DNA of 7,089 bases from Candidatus Syntropharchaeum caldarium. Lineage in GTDB: Archaea > Halobacteriota > Syntropharchaeia > Syntropharchaeales > Syntropharchaeaceae. Position 1 is the stretch's first letter, and the number at the start of each line of letters is the position of its first letter. The stretch lies in contig LYOS01000009.1 of the NCBI GenBank assembly GCA_001766815.1, forward strand, positions 1 to 7,089, read 5' to 3'. A program made the translations under genes and the position numbers. This document shows, piece after piece, positions 1 to 4,944 of this stretch. Below the pieces are notes generated by a model that saw only the letters and a list, made by a program, of their open reading frames with translations, was not told the DNA's origin and did no database searches.

Positions 1-619
1 GAGCATAGTCGTCTCAACAGAGCTTGAAAACGGTAGAATTCCAGAATGGTGGGTTTCACACATAAAGAATAATGAAAAATCAAGAATGAATGTAAAGGGC
101 TACCTGGTCTTCGACCTCAAAATTACAGAATTTAAGTATCCCATCGAGCTATCAAATCCAGTAAAAACGGACATACTGGCTGGATTAAGCTCAGACACAC
201 CACAGAAGATTAATGCTGGCCCCATCACTTTAACGATCAACTCGATTGAATCCCACTGGGGAGAAGTCAGCAAAGATTACACCGAAATCATAACCTTGGC
301 CACAATCCACAATGACAATTTGATTCCAGTAGCGATAACGAAGCTCAACTACCTGGTTGAGATGAACGGAATTAAGATTGGTGAAGGCTCGAGTGATGTA
401 GCGACAATCATACAGCCAAAATCCGGGGCAACACTCACGTTTGCTACGAAACTCGACAACAAAATGCTTGACGAGTGGTGGGTCAGCCATATAAAGAATG
501 GAGAGAGGACAAAAGTCAAAATCGTTTTACAACCGGTGATTGAAGTCGCTGGTGAGAGATTCAGGTTCACCTTGGCTGAGAAGGAGTCAGAGCTTACAAC
601 TAACCTGCTTGGTGGTTAG
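1..619 (+). CDS. LEA14-like / WHy (LEA_2, COG5608-type) desiccation-related tandem-module protein, C-terminal part; the 5' end lies outside the window
   Basis: The frame of the listed ORF (86..619) stays open from nt 2 to TAG 617-619. Translated nt 2-85 (SIVVSTELENGRIPEWWVSHIKNNEKSR) repeats the module end KLDNKMLDEWWVSHIKNGERTKVKI found near the C-terminus, so ATG 86 is probably internal. The pattern HWGEV..TEI.T...IHNDNLIPV.I..L.Y.V.MNGI.IGEG...EWWVSHI.NGE resembles the LEA_2/WHy modules of archaeal LEA14-like proteins. Confidence 0.7.
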   Translation, partial: SIVVSTELENGRIPEWWVSHIKNNEKSRMNVKGYLVFDLKITEFKYPIELSNPVKTDILAGLSSDTPQKINAGPITLTINSIESHWGEVSKDYTEIITLATIHNDNLIPVAITKLNYLVEMNGIKIGEGSSDVATIIQPKSGATLTFATKLDNKMLDEWWVSHIKNGERTKVKIVLQPVIEVAGERFRFTLAEKESELTTNLLGG

Positions 620-685
620 ATTGATGAGAACTTTGATTTACCCCCCTCCCCACCGGTCAGAAAATAAGTGCCACTGACATAGAAT

Positions 686-723
686 CCCCTCCTCAATCCC
701 CCTCTCTTACCCTGTTTTCCCCC
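686..723 (-). repeat. G-quadruplex-type motif on the minus strand (C-rich i-motif side on the plus strand)
   Basis: There are four C runs on the plus strand: C4 at 686-689, C5 at 698-702, C3 at 710-712 and C5 at 719-723. The loops between them are 8, 7 and 6 nt. The motif sits in a longer pyrimidine-rich tract at 641-727. Confidence 0.4.
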
Positions 724-925
724 TCCTGATGCGTAAGGTGAATAGCATCTTCACTGCAGGCTTTCTGAAAGCCTTTACGCAAAAGCCCATCTTCGATAGG
801 GCGATTCCGATCGAAGATCGGAAATATCCAGCCGAAGGCTGGAAGTCCAGCTGGAGCGTAGCGGAATGCTGGACATTTGAGGATGAACTTTGTGAAAGCT
901 CATACCGTGTGGGGATATGGTGTGC

Positions 926-1159
926 CTACATTGCATCCCACACACCCTCTTCCTGCCATCTTCTGAACCTTCTCCATGCGGTGACATAAGATCCATATTC
1001 TCCTGGCATATCCATCCATTTACATCCTGTTGTGAGGACATAAAAGATGCTGTTGAGCGTTTTCCTGTCATCTGCTCTCGGTCTTCCTGTTGGAGCGGGT
1101 GGTGGAAGGAGTGGTTCGATAAGCTCCCATTCCTCATCAGTCAATTCCTCAAATTTCAT
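926..1159 (-). pseudogene. Truncated IS4/IS5-family transposase: N-terminal DUF4096-type HTH domain only (77 aa)
   Basis: MKFEELTDEEWELIEPLLPPPAPTGRPRADDRKTLNSIFYVLTTGCKWMDMPGEYGSYVTAWRRFRRWQEEGVWDAM fits the conserved LTDE.WE.I.PLLP...GRPR.DDR..LN.I.YVL.TGC.W.D.P..YGS..T...RF.RW...GVW pattern of the N-terminus of roughly 270-aa IS5-like transposases. The ORF stops right after this domain, and no DDE domain follows in any frame. Confidence 0.85.
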
Positions 1160-1191
1160 ATCATCCCCTCAGGATCTGTTAATTTGTTATT

Positions 1192-1200
1192 GGGGGGGGG
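1192..1200 (+). repeat. G9 homopolymer tract
   Basis: tatt-ggggggggg-tct is read directly from the sequence. The tract sits at the junction between the IS5-type remnant and the IS256-type debris. Confidence 0.9.
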
Positions 1201-1364
1201 TCTTATATAAATGTTTTGAAATGGGTTCAGAATTTTCTTCACCTCATTAACATATTCCTTCCCTGTATCGAGGTCAACCCCATATTCCCAGAGCTTGTAG
1301 TTTACTCTTTATTTTGCTCTCAGCTTCCTGGGTATATCTCTAGATTGTCTGGTGAGATGGTGAT

Positions 1365-1631
1365 TCAGTAAAGCGATTGATTCAGTGTTACAATTTTTCT
1401 TCTTTTACCGTTTCTTAATGACTTTGCTCTTTCATATCTCTTTCCACAGTACTTTTTCACCTCCATTTCATTTATCTGTTCCAGAATGTGCTTTAGAATC
1501 ATCTTCACACAGGGTGGGGTTGTATCCCTGCCCTTAAAAGTTTCCCCCACATTTGTTACGGGGCCAATATTTTGATTCCGATTCCATATATTATGATCTG
1601 TGGGTTGAATTTGTGTTGTGTTCATGACCAT
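1365..1631 (-). pseudogene. IS256-family (Mutator-type) transposase, N-terminal fragment
   Basis: ILKHILEQINEMEVKKYCGKRYERAKSLRNGKRRKIVTLNQSL fits the IS256 N-terminal signature (..E.EV..hLG...YER...R.GYRNGYR.R.L.T..G.L). The ORF ends at an in-frame TGA. Weaker family-like similarity continues across stops and frameshifts down to about nt 1215. Confidence 0.7.
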
Positions 1632-1735
1632 GAATGCTGAGTTAACGGCTCCGGTGATGGTTAAGCTTAAGTATCAATAAAATGGAAAGAGTTACATAAA
1701 GTAATGCATATAAGCGAATGGAGGTTGTAATCTAT

Positions 1736-1948
1736 ATGGAATGTAGAATAGATGTGATGGCTGCATTTGGAGAGGATTTAAAGCGCTTGGAGAAATATAG
1801 GGATAATAAAAAGTTATTTGATGAATATAAAAAAATGCGAGCGATATTGGGTAAATCAACAACATTAATAACTGATACAGATGAAATCAAAAGAATTCTT
1901 GGTGGAGATGAATTTATATCTTCAATTAAAAGAAATAAAAGGAAGTAA
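1736..1948 (+). CDS. Small, highly charged hypothetical protein (70 aa from ATG 1736; 76 aa if ATG 1718 is used), first gene of the low-GC cassette
   Basis: The ORF is 1718..1948. A perfect GGAGGT at 1720-1725 lies 10 nt upstream of the second ATG at 1736, which favours that start. The sequence is Lys/Glu/Asp-rich and predicted helical, with a basic tail IKRNKRK. Its stop (TAA 1946-1948) is 5 nt before the protease ATG. I recognise no family. Confidence 0.5.
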   Translation: MECRIDVMAAFGEDLKRLEKYRDNKKLFDEYKKMRAILGKSTTLITDTDEIKRILGGDEFISSIKRNKRK

Positions 1949-1953
1949 GTTAA

Positions 1954-2826
1954 ATGGAAGCAGCAAAGATAGAACTGATCCAGGATTATTTGAACAAAGC
2001 ATTTTATTTGATACATGAAATAGAAGAAGTGCGTAATTCGTGTTTTATCAGCCTCATTTGTATCGATTTACCCATAAATTATCCGTTGGTGTATAAGCTA
2101 AACAAAATTTTAAGAAGGATTGGAAAAATCGATAAATTAGATCTGTTAATCGAATCTGGAGGAGGGGACATTGATGCAACAGCTAAAATCAACAGTATAC
2201 TGAAGAAGAGATGTAAAGAGTTTACTGCGATAGTCCCCTTTGCTGCAAAGAGCGCGGCCACATTTTTAGCTCTTAGTGCAGATAACCTGATTATTTGTAA
2301 ATCCGGTGAGTTGGGTCCTGTGGATCCTCAAGTGCGCCATCCTACCGCAGATATATGGATACCTGCTCATTCCATAAAGGAAGCATTGGAATTTGTTGAG
2401 GAAACTGAAGACCCACTTGTTAAATTGTCTATGGCAGATAAATTAGATCCCTTATTAATGGGTGCTTATATGGATGCCACAAAGGCAGCTGAACAGTATA
2501 TGGAAGAGGTGCTTGATACATTGCCAGATGACAAAAAGGAGAATGCGATTCACACCTTCACAGGTAAATACCGTTCACATGGATACCCCATCGATGAGGA
2601 GCTTTGCAACAAAATCGGAGTGATTACAGAAAAAATAGAGGAGGACTTAGAGGAGAGGATCTGTGATCTACATGAGATTTATTTTGATCTGGCATTTCGC
2701 TTAAAGTTTGAGGATGGTGTCCTGATAATTCAATCAGAAAATCTCTATGAAATTGAGATAGATGGGGAAAATATAAGTTCAGAACTTGATATTGAGATGA
2801 TTAAGGAGACTGAAGAGGATTCATAG
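1954..2826 (+). CDS. ClpP-fold serine protease of the SDH/S49-related family (Pfam PF01972 SDH_sah, ex-DUF114 type); soluble form without a TM anchor
   Basis: LLIESGGGDIDATAKINSILKK..TAIVPFAAKSAATFLALSADNLIICKSGELGPVDPQ matches the family signature (hTPGG...vP..AmSgGTliALaAdeI.m...a.LGPvDPQ). The putative nucleophile is Ser100 (AGC 2251-2253). His209 lies in SHGYPIDEELCNKIGV (CAT 2578-2580), matching the family pattern tH.yPI..eea..lGl. An AGGA-type SD sits at 1940-1943. There is no hydrophobic N-terminal segment, and the C-terminal tail is acidic. Confidence 0.85.
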   Translation: MEAAKIELIQDYLNKAFYLIHEIEEVRNSCFISLICIDLPINYPLVYKLNKILRRIGKIDKLDLLIESGGGDIDATAKINSILKKRCKEFTAIVPFAAKSAATFLALSADNLIICKSGELGPVDPQVRHPTADIWIPAHSIKEALEFVEETEDPLVKLSMADKLDPLLMGAYMDATKAAEQYMEEVLDTLPDDKKENAIHTFTGKYRSHGYPIDEELCNKIGVITEKIEEDLEERICDLHEIYFDLAFRLKFEDGVLIIQSENLYEIEIDGENISSELDIEMIKETEEDS

Positions 2827-2896
2827 AGAGACTCAAATGGCGTTATTTAGCCTTTAGTTCTGCAGTCCGTTGATCTTTAAATTTTGGGTGAAGAGT

Positions 2897-3739
2897 ATGG
2901 TGAAGGTTGGCTTTCACGTCTCGATCGCTGGTTCGGTAGATAAAGCAGTCGATCGAGCGGTTGCTGGCGGGTGTGATACATTCCAGATATTCTCGAGAAA
3001 CCCCCGTGGATGGCGGATAAAGGAGCTTACACCGACTGAGATTGAGCTGTTTATCGAGAAAGTCAAAGAGTCCAGGATATATCCTCCGGTCGATCACATG
3101 CCGTATCTCCCAAACCTCGCATCACCTGAGGAGGATGTTTACAGGCGATCGGTGGATGCGCTCATCACCGAGCTTGAGAGATGTGGTATGCTCGAGATCC
3201 CATACCTTGTCACACATCTCGGGAGTCATAAGGGAAGCGGGCTTGAGAATGGGTACAGAAGGGTCGCAGATGCGATAAATACAGCCTTCAGCAGGGTTGA
3301 CAACGATGTAATCCTCCTTCTTGAGAACACAGCAGGAACAAAGAACAGCGTTGGCGGAGCTTTCGAGGATATAAGTGCGATAATGGACCTCATTGATAGG
3401 ATAGACCGAATTGGTGTCTGTTTTGATACCTGCCATGCGTTTGTTGCCGGATATGAGATCAGAACCAGGGAAGGGCTTGACGCAACCCTGAAGCATTTTG
3501 ATGAGGTGATCGGTCTCTCTCAGCTCAAACTGCTTCATATCAATGATACGAAGGGTGATCTTGGTTCAAGGCTTGATCGTCACGAGCACATCGGGCTTGG
3601 TATGATCGGAGAGGATGGGTTCAGGGTGATCCTGCGAGATCCTCGCCTCAGGGATCTCCCCATGATACTTGAGACCCCTGTTGATCAGCGCCGGGGGGAT
3701 CTTGACAACATACGCAAGGTGAGGGAGCTTGCCGATTGA
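2897..3739 (+). CDS. nfo: Endonuclease IV (deoxyribonuclease IV, AP endonuclease, TIM-barrel Nfo family)
   Basis: The sequence is full-length Nfo-like: [63 protein letters not shown] and ILETP. All the classic metal-ligand motifs appear present. ATG 2897 is preceded by GGTGA at 2887-2891 with a 5-nt spacer. The listed TTG at 2870 adds a non-conserved extension. Confidence 0.93.
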   Translation: MVKVGFHVSIAGSVDKAVDRAVAGGCDTFQIFSRNPRGWRIKELTPTEIELFIEKVKESRIYPPVDHMPYLPNLASPEEDVYRRSVDALITELERCGMLEIPYLVTHLGSHKGSGLENGYRRVADAINTAFSRVDNDVILLLENTAGTKNSVGGAFEDISAIMDLIDRIDRIGVCFDTCHAFVAGYEIRTREGLDATLKHFDEVIGLSQLKLLHINDTKGDLGSRLDRHEHIGLGMIGEDGFRVILRDPRLRDLPMILETPVDQRRGDLDNIRKVRELAD

Positions 3740-4376
3740 GATCGATGAAGTCATTGAGAGGCTTAAAGAGGAATATACGGATAAAAAGACCGCTGTTATG
3801 GAGGTATCCGAAAATAAAGATCCTTTTATGGTTTTAATCTCATGCATCTTGAGCCTTCGCACGAAAGATGAGGTTACAGCCCAGGCTGCAAAGCGACTCT
3901 TTGAGCTTGCAAAAACCCCACGTGAGATGCTTGATCTTGATCTGGAAGAAATTGAGCGTGCAATTTATCCTGTTGGGTTTTACAGGAAAAAAGCCTCACA
4001 GATCAAGGAGATCTCGAGGGAGCTTATTGAGCGGTACAACTCAAAGGTCCCAGATGAGCTTGATGAGCTCCTCAAGCTCAAAGGAGTGGGGAGGAAGACT
4101 GCAAACATCGTGATAACGATTGGCTATGGGAAACCAGGGATTGCGGTGGATACACATGTGCATCGTATATCAAACAGGCTTGGGCTTGTCAAAACGAAGA
4201 GTCCAGAGGAGACTGAGCTTGCTTTAAGGGAGATTCTCCCTGATAAGTACTGGATCATCCTCAACGACCTGCTCGTCATGCATGGACAGACAATTTGCAC
4301 CCCGATAAGCCCGAAGTGCAGTATCTGCCCGATCACAGCGTACTGTGAGAGGGTCGGGGTTGATAGGTGGAGGTAA
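3729..4376 (+). CDS. nth: Endonuclease III (HhH-GPD DNA glycosylase/AP lyase with 4Fe-4S cluster loop)
   Basis: The ORF shows [17 protein letters not shown], the HhH motif [14 protein letters not shown], the catalytic region [14 protein letters not shown], and a C-terminal C-x6-C-x2-C-x5-C ([17 protein letters not shown]). The TTG start at 3729 is preceded by AGGTGA at 3717-3722 with a 6-nt spacer. It overlaps the nfo stop (TGA 3737-3739) by 11 nt. Confidence 0.92.
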   Translation: MPIEIDEVIERLKEEYTDKKTAVMEVSENKDPFMVLISCILSLRTKDEVTAQAAKRLFELAKTPREMLDLDLEEIERAIYPVGFYRKKASQIKEISRELIERYNSKVPDELDELLKLKGVGRKTANIVITIGYGKPGIAVDTHVHRISNRLGLVKTKSPEETELALREILPDKYWIILNDLLVMHGQTICTPISPKCSICPITAYCERVGVDRWR

Positions 4377-4380
4377 TCTC

Positions 4381-4881
4381 TCAGTCTATTCCAATCCCAT
4401 CTATCAGCATCTTACATGACTCACAGAGCTCACAGGGTTTTTCCATCGCCTCAAGAAGTGAGTTTGAGAAGTGCATCATACACCGGTTCTTACAGTGTTT
4501 AAGCCCCAGCACATGTCCCACCTCGTGCACAGCCTCTTTTTCTACAAGTTCGGTGGTAAAGAGCCTGAATGTGGATAAGATTGCTCCTTTCCTGTAGGAT
4601 GCAAGGCCAAAGACAAAGTTCATTCCTTCACAGTACAGATCCTCTTTAACAATCCATAGCGCTATTTCTCTCTTTTTTCTTCGAATAAGAAAGCTTAAAA
4701 GGTATGATGCCTCGTACTGATCCCTGCTCGAGTTGTATGCAGACCTGATAACCCTCATAAACCCTCCTCTATCCACATCAAGCCCGTAGATTTCCTTAAT
4801 CCGCTTTTCAATCGGATCGATCACGTTTTCATCCTCATAGAAGATCTCAAGGATCATGCCGATCAACCTGTGGGACTTCAT
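4381..4881 (-). CDS. amzA: Archaemetzincin (peptidase family M54 zinc metalloprotease)
   Basis: A HEVGHVLGLKHC..C.M....C..C core sits at nt 4414-4527 (minus strand), matching the archaemetzincin HExxHxxGx3C...CxM...CxxC signature. Upstream are the conserved AY...RDQY and NFVFGLA motifs. ATG 4879-4881 is preceded on the minus strand by AAGGA (4888-4892) with a 6-nt spacer. Confidence 0.9.
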   Translation of the reverse strand: MKSHRLIGMILEIFYEDENVIDPIEKRIKEIYGLDVDRGGFMRVIRSAYNSSRDQYEASYLLSFLIRRKKREIALWIVKEDLYCEGMNFVFGLASYRKGAILSTFRLFTTELVEKEAVHEVGHVLGLKHCKNRCMMHFSNSLLEAMEKPCELCESCKMLIDGIGID

Positions 4882-4944
4882 TTCTATCCTTCAATAAAAG
4901 GTTTAATGGAATGGGAAACGGGAACCGGAGGAGTCATCTATATA
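4882..4944. promoter_or_regulatory. Compact divergent intergenic region between amzA and the glycosyltransferase gene, with A/T-rich TATA-like boxes
   Basis: The spacer is 63 bp. AATAAAAG (4893-4900) and TTTAAT (4902-4907; ATTAAA on the minus strand) form a central A/T block that could serve as back-to-back TATA boxes. GGAGGAG at 4927-4933 lies 11 nt before ATG 4945. This is spacing reasoning only, with no transcript data. Confidence 0.3.

Larger units (their letters stand above)
641..1200 (-). mobile_element. Internally deleted, non-autonomous remnant of an IS4/IS5-superfamily insertion sequence (boundaries approximate)
   Basis: The region holds only the N-terminal HTH part of a transposase (926..1159). 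Downstream there is no DDE core, only broken frames. A possible C-terminal relic, ..IALSKMGFCVKAFRKPAVKM.. (KAFRK at 761-775, minus strand), is reminiscent of IS4/IS5 C-termini. Both ends are low-complexity C/G runs: ACCCCCCTCCCC at 640-651, and G9 at 1192-1200 whose reverse complement reads ACCCCCCCCC. These may be degenerate terminal inverted repeats. Confidence 0.45.

Noticed and set aside
230-570. Minus-strand ORFs 230..490 and 349..570 inside the LEA14-like gene
   Set aside because: They are antisense to a well-supported coding frame, show no recognisable motifs, and have a composition typical of antisense shadow ORFs.
655-679. Weak hairpin (GTCAG ... CTGAC, 13-nt loop) as a terminator for the LEA14-like gene
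   Set aside because: The stem is only 5 bp with a large loop and no adjacent T-tract, so it is not convincing.
729-1250. Plus-strand ORFs 729..989, 917..1210 and 1047..1250, and minus-strand ORF 775..1137
   Set aside because: All overlap the recognisable transposase HTH ORF or IS debris. They have low-complexity Ser/Pro/Cys/Trp-rich translations with no family resemblance. They are best explained as shadow frames of the decayed IS. Part of 775..1137 may carry a frameshifted relic of the transposase C-terminus.
1661-1670. Perfect 10-bp palindrome TTAAGCTTAA (with a nearby GTTAAC) upstream of the cassette
   Set aside because: It is too short and A/T-rich to distinguish from chance and has no second copy in the window. 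It could lie within the unrecognised IS256 terminal region.
1732-2261. Minus-strand ORFs 1732..2016 and 2079..2261 antisense to the cassette genes
   Set aside because: Their hydrophobic, low-complexity translations (Ile/Leu/Phe/Ser) are the expected antisense product of A/T-rich Lys/Glu-rich coding sequence. The sense frames carry clear protease motifs and SD signals.
1954-2826. Interpretation of the protease as a prophage or provirus head-maturation (S49/ClpP-type) protease
   Set aside because: No portal, capsid, terminase or scaffold genes flank it. The upstream gene encodes about 70 aa and the downstream gene is nfo. A viral remnant cannot be excluded, but the window gives no positive evidence.
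1640-2870. Search for direct repeats (att-like) flanking the low-GC cassette
   Set aside because: I found only trivial matches by eye, such as tcaa..aatgg near 1674-1684 and 2833-2840. There is no integrase or tRNA target in the window, so a site-specific integration model is unsupported.
2870-2896. TTG 2870 as the nfo start (N-terminal MIFKFWVKS extension)
   Set aside because: The extension is not part of the conserved Nfo N-terminus (V/K-x-G-x-H), and ATG 2897 has a well-spaced GGTGA. The region more plausibly holds the promoter and 5' UTR.
3042-3862. ORFs 3042..3278 (+), 3122..3538 (-) and 3566..3862 (-) overlapping nfo/nth
   Set aside because: They are fully embedded in or antisense to the strongly supported nfo and nth frames and have no family motifs.
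3868-4597. ORFs 3868..4113 (+), 4124..4336 (-) and 4367..4597 (+)
   Set aside because: These are alternative-frame or antisense ORFs within nth and amzA. Ser/Arg/Leu-rich translations are typical of off-frame reading.
4870-4944. GTG 4870 (and ATG 4906) as the start of the glycosyltransferase
   Set aside because: GTG 4870 would overlap the amzA start codon region head-to-head and leave no promoter space. The conserved N-terminal DF.QG..TT.H.L motif begins only at about 4981. ATG 4945 or 4966 are better supported, so the start remains uncertain.
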